From Octopus bimaculoides (lineage: Eukaryota): a DNA stretch of 64,000 bases. Made by a program: the position numbers and the translations under genes. The notes beneath the pieces were generated by a model. It saw only the letters and a program-made list of their open reading frames with translations. It made no database searches and was not told the DNA's origin. The stretch spans positions 36,686,163-36,750,162 of the forward strand of contig NC_068989.1 of the NCBI RefSeq assembly GCF_001194135.2, read 5' to 3'. This document shows, in pieces, positions 51,075-62,859 of this stretch. How positions within the stretch are numbered: the stretch's first letter is position 1; each line of letters opens with the position of its first letter.

Positions 51075-51212
51075 CAGTGCTGCCTTAAGATATGGGCATA
51101 TTGGACAGTTGCCCTAGTGCCCCTTGAGTTCAGGGCCCCAATGCTAATGTATGAATGCTGTGGGCCCTAGTGCATTGCTTTGAGTATCCATCTTACAGTT
51201 AAGATGGCCCCA
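51075..51212. mobile_element. Small hAT-like MITE
   Basis: CAGTGCTGCCTTAAG ... TTAAGATGGCCC termini with internal GGGCCC motifs. Confidence 0.55.
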
Positions 51213-51486
51213 AGTTCTACTTGCACTTTACATCTGAGTGGTTAGTTGGTTAATACTGGTTTTTAAACTTCGTACTTTTGAGACAAGGGAAAATTTTACA
51301 TAAACTCTTGATAGTTAGGTAAAATTTCAACTTTGGGTTTGAGTCATACAGGTGACACATGTGTACCCATAGTTTTTTTGTACTGTAAACCCCGGAATTA
51401 AGAAAGCTATTCTGGAAATACAAGGGCCTTTTTGCCAATGGTATAATTTTATTTTACAAATTTGATACATCAATATTTTAGCACAC

Positions 51487-51670
51487 TGTCACAATTTCAA
51501 AGACTTTAAAACTTATTTACTTTAACCTTTAACACACAGCATTTTATCTAGAATTGGTTCCCCTGCCACTGCCCTGTTACTACAGGGGATAAAACTCATA
51601 CGATGACATGATGCACCTACAGTGTGCTAATGTTTAAAGTAAATAAGTTTCAGTCTTTGAAATTGTCACA
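51487..51670. mobile_element. MITE-like element with ~32-bp terminal inverted repeats
   Basis: caatttcaaagactttaaaacttatttacttta ... taaagtaaataagtttcagtctttgaaattg. Confidence 0.65.
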
Positions 51671-51872
51671 CATAGAAATGTGGACTTTGCAGTTGAGTGA
51701 TTTTGCAATTTCTGAATTTTGCTCATAATCATTAGGTTCAAATCAAAGATTACAATAGATATAAATATTTTATGTTTGAAAATCTTGATTCACTTCCAGA
51801 TGTACTTTAGGAATATATATATATATATATATATATACGAATTAGAAGACCAATTCCCAAATGTTAAGGGTG

Positions 51873-51914
<42 letters not shown>

Positions 51915-52353
51915 NNNNNNNNNNNNNNNNNNNNNNNNNNNNNNNNNNNNNNNNNNNNNNNNNNNNNNNNNNNNNNNNNNNNNNNNNNNNNNNNNNNNNN
52001 NNNNNNNNNNNNNNNNNNNNNNNNNNNNNNNNNNNNNNNNNNNNNNNNNNNNNNNNNNNNNNNNNNNNNNNNNNNNNNNNNNNNNNNNNNNNNNNNNNNN
52101 NNNNNNNNNNNNNNNNNNNNNNNNNNNNNNNNNNNNNNNNNNNNNNNNNNNNNNNNNNNNNNNNNNNNNNNNNNNNNNNNNNNNNNNNNNNNNNNNNNNN
52201 NNNNNNNNNNNNNNNNNNNNNNNNNNNNNNNNNNNNNNNNNNNNNNNNNNNNNNNNNNNNNNNNNNNNNNNNNNNNNNNNNNNNNNNNNNNNNNNNNNNN
52301 NNNNNNNNNNNNNNNNNNNNNNNNNNNNNNNNNNNNNNNNNNNNNNNNNNNNN

Positions 52354-53265
52354 TGACTCCTTACTTGTTTTTCTAAAATGCACCATAAATGTTCAATAAT
52401 ATTGACATCTAGGGATTGTGGTGACCAGATAAGATGTTCAACTTCACTAGAATGTTCCTCGTGCCATTCAGTAACAACTTTAGCTTTGTGAATTGGTGCA
52501 TTATCATCTTGAAAGATTGCCTTTCCCTCCAGAAACAGTTCCACAACCATAGGATGAATTTGATCAGATAAAATGCTTAAATAGTCTTGACTATTAATTC
52601 TGCCATGAATAGAAACCATTGGGGCAGCAGATTTCCAAGATATAGCCTCCCAGATCATCCTCCATGTTTAACGGTTGGAAGAAAGCAGTCTGGGTCAAAT
52701 GCTTCTTTTGGCTGTCTCTACACATATACTTGGCTGGTGGTCAGAAATAATGTAAAAGATGACTCGTCCAAGAAAATAACATTCTTCCACTGCTCTAGGG
52801 ACCAATTCTGTAGGTTTTTACTCCACTCTAAACGCTTTACTCTTTTTCTCCCAGTGAACTGGGTTCTCGAGGTGGTCATTAAGCTCTGCAGTAATTTGGG
52901 GAGCTGTACTTTTGTGATCCTTTCTAACAATTTGCGTCCCTATCTGGAAGCTTTGGTTTTTGACAGTCCCTATCTGAAAGTTTTGGTTTCCTTCTGGAGT
53001 TTTGTTTCAACGAGGAGGTTTTCCCTCTTTCTCAAAGGCTGTCATTACTTTCAAGACAGTATTTCTTGATACATCAAATATTTTGACTGTTTTCGTTACG
53101 CTAGCACCTGCCATATGAGCACCAACAATTTGACCTCTTTGAAAGTCCGATAGATCTGTCATTTTAATGAATTTTAATTACTTCTTTCTGATGCTATCTG
53201 AAAAGAAACAGTAATTTTAGCAAAACATATTTAGCAACACTAATAATAAATCAAAAAAACATAAA
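52354..53265 (-). mobile_element. Tc1 (DD34E) transposase remnant
   Basis: WSLEQWKNVIFLDESSF, MIWEAISW, IFQDDNAPIHKAK and WSPQSLDVNIIEHLW, split by frameshifts; 3' end lost in a gap. Confidence 0.92.
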
Positions 53266-53313
53266 AATATTTGTGAAGGGGAGACAAGCTTCCCCACCCA
53301 GCTTTAGTCTGCA

Positions 53314-53356
53314 TTCAGGGACATGTTTCTGAGTCATTGCTTGTCATCAGCCTGAA
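53314..53356 (-). ncRNA. Type I hammerhead ribozyme motif (Penelope-like), antisense copy
   Basis: Reverse complement TTCAGG-CTGATGA-CAAG CAATGA CTCA-GAAA-C AT GTC-CCTGAA; perfect 6-bp stem I, weak stem II. Confidence 0.6.
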
Positions 53357-53608
53357 GTAGCCGACNNNNNNNNNNCTGAGTCATTGCTTGTCATCAGCCT
53401 GAAGTAGCCGACCAGCTGATTCCCTTAATGGGTCTGTCACATTAAGTTGACAGTAAACAACTGCTTTATTGTAAAACTGCTATTTATGTCTCTCTGTGAG
53501 ATTTATAATTAGATCATTTCTAATCTTGTAACCAGTGAATGTGTTTTCACTGAAAATATATATATTTGTGAAGGCTAGACAGGTTTTTTCAACCAGCTTG
53601 TCAGCTAC

Positions 53609-53651
53609 TTCAGGCTGATGACGAGCAATGACTCAGAAACATGTCCCTAAA
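53609..53651 (+). ncRNA. Type I hammerhead ribozyme motif (Penelope-like), sense to CCDC61 intron
   Basis: TTCAGG-CTGATGA-CGAG CAATGA CTCA-GAAA-C AT GTC-CCTAAA: complete core, palindromic ACATGT stem III, GUC site (cleavage after 53645). Stem I has one mismatch; first stem II pair is C.A. Confidence 0.65.
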
Positions 53652-55020
53652 TGCAGACTTAAGCTGGGTTCGGAAGCTTGTCTCCGCTTCACAAATATAA
53701 GGACACAGGAAATGTGTCAAGGCCAACAGGAAGCGGTCTAGCTTCCTAGGGCTAAATAGCAGCAGTATGATTCCCTTCATGGGTTTGTCACATTAAGTTG
53801 ACAGTAAACAACTGCTTTATCATAATACTGCTGCTTATGTCTCTCTGTGAGATTTATAATTAGATCATTTTTAATTAAAAATTTTAAATAGCTATAAAAT
53901 AAGAACAGTTAATCCTCTCAGGCTGCAATTTTCCAGATTTACTTCTCATATGGATACTTCTCATTTTTGAAAAAAATTTGAGGACTTTCAAGAAGACCTT
54001 GGTGAAATTGACTGGAATGACCCCTGTGTACTATGCATGTATTTGTAGCTTTTATTGTTGGCTTTACTTTATTTATGATTGCTTTCTATGCCTTCTTTTA
54101 ACCTTTTCAACAAGTTGTAGTGCACTTGAGGATCACACAATAAGATCGTCATCATCATTATTATACTCTTTTCTTAGAATCTTCTTGCAGTAACTGCATT
54201 AAGATTCAAATATATGACTATGTGGTCAATAGTATAGTGCATTAATCTCACAGTTATTGTATCTTGTTGTATACACAAAATCTGTACTAACACATTCTGC
54301 TCCAAGGTTCAGGCAGTAGTTGGTCCTTGGTTCACTCATACTCTGTTGAATTATTCTTGATTTCACCAATATTTGATCATACTTCAATGTAGTGAGCTGG
54401 CAGAATTATTAGCATGCCAGGCAAAACGCTTAGTGGCATTTAGTTTGTCTTTATGTTCTGAGTTCAAATTCCACTGAGGTTGACTTTACCGTTCATCCTT
54501 TCGGGATCAATAAAATAAGTACCAAATGAGTACTGGGGTTAATCTAATTGACCTATGCCTCCTCCAAAATTGCTGGCCTTGTGCCATAACGTGAAAGCAA
54601 TATTTGATCTTACATCCTTGTTCATGTTTTTATGTTTTTGTTTGTCACGTGTGCTTGCTTGTCTGTCATACTTTGGTCCCTCAACATCTGGCGTAAAACC
54701 ATCCCCTTTTTCAAATTCACCCCCCACTCCTTAGTCAAGGAGACTTTTTCCTTTTCTTTTCTTGTCTTACAAGTTACTTAGCAACCTCACAAGTGTTGGT
54801 ATCATGAAAAAAAAAATGCTTCCAATACACACTGTAAAGTGGATGGCATTAGGAAGGGCTTCCAGCCATAGAAACCATGCTTAAGCAGATACTGGAGCTT
54901 GACTCAACCCTGCAGCTTGCTGGATCCTGTCAAACTGTCCAACCAAAGCCAACATGGAAAATGCATGTTAAATGATAATGGTGATAATAGTTTTTTAATG
55001 TTTTTCTTTTTTACTTCTAG

Positions 55021-55103
55021 ATATTGAAAACCTCACCCATAAAACAGGAAACTTTAAACAATTTTCTATATTTTCTAACATGTTGAAAACAGCTTTACTT
55101 AAG
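55021..55103 (+). CDS. CCDC61: CCDC61 coding exon 2
   Basis: Acceptor tttttcttttttacttctAG; 83 nt; donor AAG|GTGAGT. Encodes (Y)IENLTHKTGNFKQFSIFSNMLKTALLK, containing the diagnostic CCDC61 motif LTHKTGNFKQF. Phase-compatible with the previous exon (T+AT=Tyr). Confidence 0.96.
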
Positions 55104-55159
55104 GTGAGTTCTACCATTCTTTTTTTTTTATTGTTACTTACTTTTTTTTTATGATGATG

Positions 55160-55720
55160 TTTAGCCCCAAGTCAGCTCTGATTGAACAAATCTAAGATCA
55201 GCAGCATTCCAGTCATGGTTATCTTGTCATTTCTAATTCTTTTTTCTTTTTATGTGGTTATAGTATACTTAGGTCTATATTATCTGGTGTGTCCTTTTAT
55301 TTTTAGACTGTAGGATTCGGGTTAAGGGAGATTTGGTTACTATTTCTAGTGGGTAAAGCTTCCTTCTTGGCTTATTTATGGTGTTGCTATTTAACTCTAG
55401 CTCAGCTCTGAGATTGCATAGATCTATTCTCAGTCTTTCCAACTGCTACTATCCTGTTATTTTTGAAATGTAGTGTATCTAGAACTACATTATTCAATGT
55501 GTTCTTCCTTTTTTAAATTAGTAGGGTGTGATAGAGATAGATTTCAAGGAGATAGATTTGACTGCTATTTCTTGCAGGTTGAGCAACATTATTGAGGCTC
55601 TGTCCTCATTGTTGTTTAGCTAAATTCACTAACCTAAGCTCTGATCAATTAGACGTAAGATTTAAAGCATTCCAATCATAACCATCACAGCTTTGTTACT
55701 GACGCTCTGTATTTTATGTG
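55160..55720 (+). repeat. Three degenerate tandem copies of an interspersed repeat (ttagccccaagtcagctctgatt...gcattccagtcatg...)
   Basis: Similar starts at ~55160, ~55390 and ~55620. Confidence 0.5.
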
Positions 55721-56223
55721 ATCTCTATGAATCAGTTTTGTTGTATTTTATAAATGTTTAGAATCACTAATTAGTAGCTCATTGACTTAGTGGTCATATC
55801 ATTTTCCAGATGGTTAGCCTGTGTACTTCAAAGATTGGGTGGTGTTCTCATTGAACTTGGTCCTCAATCCATGTGATTAATAATTTTATCATTTCTTCAG
55901 TTATCCCAATGGCTTTTGGTGATGATTCTAGATTTAATGGATGCAGATATCTTCCCTGCATCACTGGTACAGTGCTTGACCTTTAGGATGGTTGAGATTG
56001 TTGACTGAGAAAAACTGTAATCACGGTAAATTCTGAAACACTGTTTGTTTTACAGGTACAGGTATGGCTGTTTGGGTGAGAAACTTGTTGTCCAGCCATG
56101 TGGTTGGGGTTCAATCTCACTGTGTAGCACCTTGGGCCAGGGTCTTCTACTATAGCCCCAGACTAGCCAAATCCTTGTGAGTGGATTTGGTAGACAGAAA
56201 CTAAAAGGAGCTCATTGTGTGTG

Positions 56224-56269
<46 letters not shown>

Positions 56270-57284
56270 CGTGTGTGTGTGTGTGCATGCACGAGTGTGT
56301 GTTACTATCTCTTTGCCTTGACTTCATGTGATTGTTGTAAATGAATGTCACCAACATGCAAGCAGTGTCCTTTGTTTCCAATCTTCTGTGAAAATGTGTC
56401 TGATGATGGGGAATATTAACTTATTTGGAAACAGGTGAGGGTTAGTAACAGAAAAAGCATCTGGCTGTAGAAAATCTGCCTCAACAAATCCATCTGACTC
56501 ATACAAATGTGGAAAAGTGAACATTAAATGAGGATGATGATGATATATGTAGATATGTATACGTGTGTTTGTGTGTGACCCTTGTTTTGACCACCACCTT
56601 CATTCAAAGCACTGTTGTCCATTTCTGTGCCTTCTGTGGAAAACATGTCTAGCCATAAACTTGTGAGGGTTGTTGACAGGAAGGGCATCCATCCATAGAA
56701 AATCTACCTCAACAAATTCTGTCTGACTCATGCAAGCATAGAAAAGTGGATGTTGAATGGTGATGATGATAATGTTGAGCAATTATCTTTGATATAGGTT
56801 CCAAATTAATTGATTTCTACATTTTTTTTACCTACCAGTAAGAAACTCATTGTTATATTAGCCATATTTCGGAGCTGATTCACAACACAAAAAAAAAAAA
56901 AAAAATTTAACTTAGAAGCCAAATTGAAATGAGAACTGCATGATGCAGTTGTTGTACTCTATTGTGTATGCTCGTTTGTATTGGGATGTACTGTCATACA
57001 CATTGAAATAAAATCATATCATCATTTGATCATTACAACACATCTGTAAAGCTGTGTGTCTTCTGCATATCATCACTATCATAGTGGAATTGTAACCACT
57101 AAAATATAATAATACAAATGACCATAAATTGCAGAGTACCTGTAATATATTGTTTAGTTTTTGTTTTTTCTCTTCGTGTCTTTGGTGTTATTTTAAATGT
57201 TGCAGTTTTTTTAATATTTGGTTTCTTTTGTCTTATTTCCGTATTTTATAAATGCTTTTCATCTTTATTTTTTTCTTGCCCTAG

Positions 57285-57442
57285 CAAAGTGAAAGTGTGA
57301 CCCTTGATTTACTAACATATGCTGATTTGGAGCAGCTCCGGCTACAGCGCTCTGGTAACCGAACCAATGCTGAGAAACAAACTCCTGCAAACCTTAATAC
57401 CAAGCGCTATTTAATACTAACTTATACTGTTGAATTTGATCG
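57285..57442 (+). CDS. CCDC61: CCDC61 coding exon 3
   Basis: Acceptor ttttttcttgccctAG; 158 nt; donor CG|GTCAGT. Encodes QSESVTLDLLTYADLEQLRLQRSGNRTNAEKQTPANLNTKRYLILTYTVEFD(R), matching the CCDC61 motifs SESVTLDLLTY.DLE.LR and KRYLIL.Y.VEFDR. Confidence 0.96.
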
Positions 57443-59391
57443 GTCAGTAGAGCTTAAAGTTTTCTCTTCTAGATGTTAGTGGTTTATGTCATTCACTTAA
57501 TGCTACAGTAATGATTTGTTTTAGAAGGTGCCACATAAAAAGCATTGGTGTGTGTGTGTGCTGGTGCCACATAAAAAGCACTGGTGCTGGTACCATGTAA
57601 AAAGCACTGGTACTAGTTCCATGTAAAAAGTACGCAGTGCACTCTGTGGAGTGGTTGGCATTAGGAAGGGCACCCAGCTGTAAAAACCAAGCCAAAACAG
57701 ACTATGGAAGCTGGTGCAGCCCCTGGTTATGTCAGTTCCTGTCAAGCTGTTCAACCCATGCCAGCATAGAAAATGGATGTTAAATGATGATGATGAGTCT
57801 CACAGGTACCCTTCTGCCTTTTTTCTATCTAAGGTGTTTTTAACTTAATATTGTCACCATCATCAACATTTTAATGTTCACTTTTCTATACTCACATAGG
57901 TTGGATGCATTTCATTGAGGTTTAATTCCACTGTGTACCACCTTGGGAAAATGTATTTTACAACAGCCTATGGCTGACTAAAAGTTTGTGAGTGAATTTG
58001 CTTAATTGAGTCTGAAAGAAGCTCATTGTATACATACTTATGTGTGTGTATTTATCCTTGTCTTGACATTACATGATAGTTATAAACAAGCATCACTTTC
58101 ATATTGTAGTGGTGTCATTCATTTTCAATCTTTTGTGAAAACATATCTAGCCATGGGAAAATATTACTTTGTTTGGAAATAGGTGAGAGTTGGTGGCAGG
58201 AAGAGCATCTGGTTGTAGAAAATCTGACTTAACAAATTCTCTCTGCTCTGTACTAGTGTGGAAAAACAAAAATAACGATGATAATGAAATATATGTATAT
58301 TCAACTGATTTGTACATTTTTAATCATGTAAATAAATATACTAGCTGAGTATCCTATCGTTGCTGGGTAATTTTCAAAATAGAATGCTTTCATTTTAATT
58401 TTTTTTATTCCATCTTGGTCAGGATGGATTTTTGGATTATTTTGGGCATTTTGATAAACAAAGTTTTTTTGTTTTTCCATTTTGTGCATTTAACATCAAT
58501 TTAACCATTTAACTTCAATTTAACCATTTAACATCAATTTTCCATACTGGCTTGTGTTGAGCACATATTCAGCTAATTTATGAATATGTAGGCATGTGTA
58601 AAAATTTTAAAGCTTAAGTAAACAGTAGTATGATATATGGACAAATACAGATTGTGTGAGCAAGAAAACTGTAACTGGAATTCAAATTTGGAAAGATTTT
58701 CCTTATTTCTTACTCTTCAACATCCAACATAAAGCTGACCATGGTTGAAGTAGGGCTCTTCAAGGTGTAAATTGGCAACCAAAAATATTTACCCTTGTGA
58801 TTGGTTGATGGCCATGGCAAAACTAAGACTCACTGGAAATTGAGGTAATTTGAATTGAAATGGAACACCGTATCTTGTGTCCATGTGACAGAGGCTCTTG
58901 TGCACTTATCATCTAATCGAGGCATCCTATGCTGGGGTGTCTCATGAGATCATGCAACAGAAGCTTATGTTCACATATCATCAAGTCTATTCCTTCTCGG
59001 TTTGGGTGGCTACTGTGGTGTGTGCGTACGAGTAGATGTAATCGCCTTACCTCGGTTTTCCTTTCCTCGACTGCGAGTCCGTCTTGCGGTATCCGATCCT
59101 TGAAGCTTGCCCTGACCCAAAGTACACCAGGAATAGCAGCTGCTTCTCCCAAACCTTCCCAAACCTAGACCGTCGCTTAACACGTCTTGTCCTGACCGCA
59201 GCCCCGTTCGAAAAAAGGGCACGAATGCCAATCGAGGCACCCCCTGCCCTTTTTCCCCTTCCGGCCGACTCGCCCTTCCGGTCAGCCTCCCCAGACACTG
59301 ACATTATACCATAGCTACTGAGCTTGCCTCTGATGATTGTGAGCGTCTTTCTACTCTGTCACCCTAATGAAATTTTTTACGCACGCGCACG

Positions 59392-59473
<82 letters not shown>

Positions 59474-60167
59474 GAAAGATATGTATACAAAGAAAGAATG
59501 GGAGGGAATGTGGTAAATATATATAGAGAGGGGTAAATTTTACAATGCGGAAAATGTAAAAGACAGAGAGAGAGGGAATCTTTTCTGTTGCTGTCATAGA
59601 TTTTGAAATTTTAGAATTAAATGAAAATTTTCAAATTGGCTATATTAATGTAATTTTTCCATGCTGAATCTGATTTTGTGATCCATTCATTCCAGAAAAG
59701 TTTTTAGAAAAAAGTCAGATATTTAAAGTTTGATAATTTTTCCCCAGTCAGAAAACAGGATTTGAAATCTAGCATTTTCTGTGATAGCTGTCTATCACAA
59801 AATGAAAGCAAAAATATCACCACAATAAAGTTCTAAATAAGATAAAAGCAATTACATATCATGTCAAGAGAGAGTGAGAGTGGGAGCAGCTTGTGTGAGA
59901 TATATATATATATATATCTATATATATATATAGAGAGAGAGAGAGAAAGAATGTGAGTATAGTAAGTATATATAGGAGGGAGGAAAAGCATAAGAGACAG
60001 ATAGGAGAGATAGAGAGAAGTAGATAGTGTATATCATTATATCTAAATGATCAGTATATCTTTGGATCAGTATATCTTTTAGATATACTGATCTAAAATT
60101 AACAATGGATGTTAAATGATGATGATGATACATACATAGATATATATATCATCATCATCATCATCAT

Positions 60168-60248
<81 letters not shown>

Positions 60249-61085
60249 CCATTTAACATCAATTTTCCATGCTGGCTTGTGTTGGGCATATATTCAGCTA
60301 ATTTATACATATGTAGACATGTGTAAAAATTTTAAAGCTTAAGTAAGCAGTAGTATGATGTATGGACAAATACAGATTGTGTGAGCAAGAAAACTGTAAC
60401 TGGAATTCAAATGTTCATATTTTGTTGCAAGCATTTGTTTCATTGGCTGTTTCTGGGCAGACGGTTAATATTCCTTTGTACAGAACATTACTATAAGAAT
60501 CTTTAATTTTCTCAACTAAAATAGACATATCTAATTTTATATTTTAAAAGTTGTGTTTACAAACAATGTTTTCTTGTTAAGAAGCCTAATTCGGTCTGCT
60601 CAAATAACTAATTAAACATTTATGGCTGACCTCCAGAAATACCACTTATGCTTCTGGTTTTTGGAACACTGCATATTTTGTCACTCTGTGTTCGACCTAG
60701 TAGAGTGCAGTCAAATAATTAGGGTGTGTTGCATCAAACTTACTGTTTGTTCTGAAAGGGGTTAGGCTAATGACTACAATGCATGTATTATAAATCCCTT
60801 AATTATTAATAATGGCTGAAGGGTGGTGGATAGTAGCATTTATTAGAGCATCAGAAAAATTGCCATGCAATATCTACTTCCATGTAAGGTGGGGAGCTGG
60901 CAGAATTGTTAGCATGCTGGGTAAAATGCTTAGCAGCATTTTGTCTAGTTCTGAGTTCAAATGCTGCTGAAGTCGACTTTGCCTTTCATCCTTTCAGGGT
61001 CGATAGAATAAGTATCAGTTGAGGGCTGGGGTTGATGAAGGTATCTGCAGGTATCCTTCAGCCTGCAGATCTGAAGGATCTGCAT

Positions 61086-61157
61086 GCTGGGGAATGAAGG
61101 TATCTGCAGGCTGGGGAATGAAGGTATCTGCAGGCTGGGGAATGAAGGTATCTGCAG
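61086..61157. repeat. 24-bp minisatellite x3 (GCTGGGGAATGAAGGTATCTGCAG) preceded by degenerate and inverted units from 61036
   Basis: Three exact units read directly. Confidence 0.95.
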
Positions 61158-62323
61158 GATGGAAACCTGGTCCAAATGCTTGCAGCAGAGTTGGATACCT
61201 CTGCTGAAGGTACTCAAGAGTAATGGGTTAAATCTACCATCCAAAATATTGAAGAAACAGTTATTAATAATTCTTTCTAATTTTGGCACATGTCCAGGAC
61301 TTTTTTAAGGGGAAGGGAAGTCGATTACATTGACCCCAGAGCGCAACAGCTACTTATTTTATTGACTCCAAAAGGATGAATAACAAAGCTGACTTTGGTG
61401 GTATTTAAACTAGGAACATAAAGAGTCAGAAGAAATGCTTCTATGCATTTAGCTGAGTTAGACTCGGTGTATAACAATATTCAGTTTTGCCCCTTTCAGT
61501 TTCAAGTTCAAACCCTGCTTTGCTTAACCCTTTAGCATTCAGATTACTTTCTCAAATATAATGCTTTCTTATTCACATTGTTTTCTTATTATTGATTTGA
61601 GTCAAAAAAGTACTAATTTTATTAGCAAATAATTCATCTTGAACATTTAAATAATTATTCATACTTGATGATAATTGATAGTGTATAATTGTATTTGTTT
61701 TTTATTGTATTGCATTTTATTTTTGTTATATACATCATCGTCACCATTTAATGTCCATGTTCTATGCTGGCATAAACTGGGCAGTTTAACAGGATCTGAT
61801 GGGGCAAAGGATTGTATTGTGTTTCACTGTCTACTTTGGTATGGTTTCTATGGCTGAATGTCCTTTCTAATGCCAACCACTTTCCAGCAACTTATGAAAC
61901 TACAGATCCTGAGAGAGACAGCTTTATGCTTGGAGATGAGGGATTAAAGTGAGAGAGAAGGGGTCAGAGTAGGACAGGTTTCATGTTGTAGAGGGGCTAC
62001 ATGGTTGTTTACATTTTTGGAAGAGATGGTAGGGGATGATCAGGCTGGAGTGGGGAAGAGATAAAATAGTAGTTATGAGGTATCAAAGTGGACCATCTAG
62101 GTACAAGGTGAGTAGAAGTGTATAGGGGCAGAAGAATTGGGAGTGTGAGTGGATAGAGGTTGCAGGAGTGTATGGAAGAGTGAGAGATGGAGGGGGTGAG
62201 TGTAATGAATAAACAAGTGTTGAATGGATGATATATTTATACACACACACGCACACACACATACATATATATATATAGAAGAATTCCTGTTCTTTATTGA
62301 AATACTGTTTCCTACTGTTTCAG

Positions 62324-62429
62324 AATACATTATCCACTTCCTTTACACCAAAAACAGACGGCTAACAACACTTCTCTACAACAGATCATTGTTAATCTAA
62401 GATCTGAAGTAAAACAACTTAAAGATGAG
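62324..62429 (+). CDS. CCDC61: CCDC61 coding exon 4 (end of head domain, start of coiled coil); gene continues beyond the window
   Basis: Acceptor ctgtttcctactgtttcAG; 106 nt; donor GAG|GTATTT. CG+A completes Arg, then IHYPLPLHQKQTANNTSLQQIIVNLRSEVKQLKDE; RIHYPLPL is the conserved CCDC61 motif. Confidence 0.94.
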
Positions 62430-62798
62430 GTATTTATTGTCCAAATATGGATTTTAGTTCTAATTTTTATTAGTCTTTCCAGATATTCTTTCACCTCCAT
62501 TGTTTAAAAATATCTTTGTTTTGCATTCTTTGCCTTTAGTTTGTAACAATAATTTGTGAGCAACCATTTATGATTTATTTGTATTGTGTCCATTTTACCA
62601 TTCTGGATGGGTTGCATGAAGCATTGCTTTACAGCTGGACGCTCTTCCTGATACTAACCCTAAAGGAATTATTTAGTCTACTTGTCTCTGAAAGCATGGA
62701 ACTGGCAGATACTATGTTGACAGAAAATGTCACAATTTTTAGCTCTACACTTTCATGCAAAGACACAGAATGTAAACATTCACTTAGTCACACATGTG

Positions 62799-62853
<55 letters not shown>

Positions 62854-62859
62854 GGAGAA

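Larger units (their letters stand above)
2786..53375. other. Twelve assembly gaps (N runs) within this span
   Basis: 2786-3043, 7272-7579, 9245-9908, 15671-16244, 22267-22276, 23227-23553, 27848-27966, 30989-31354, 44669-44678, 49314-49343, 51915-52353, 53366-53375; most abut microsatellites. Confidence 0.99.

Noticed and set aside
53376-53412. Third (tandem) hammerhead copy
   Set aside because: Identical to 53329-53365 on the other side of a 10-N gap; most likely an unmerged contig overlap. Long reads would be needed to show a real tandem dimer.
59150-59310. HDV-like ribozyme at a putative LINE 5' end
   Set aside because: A GGGCA/TGCCC helix and a TGCC/GGCA hairpin exist on the - strand, but the P1.1 GG, P2 and J4/2 elements are not in the required order.
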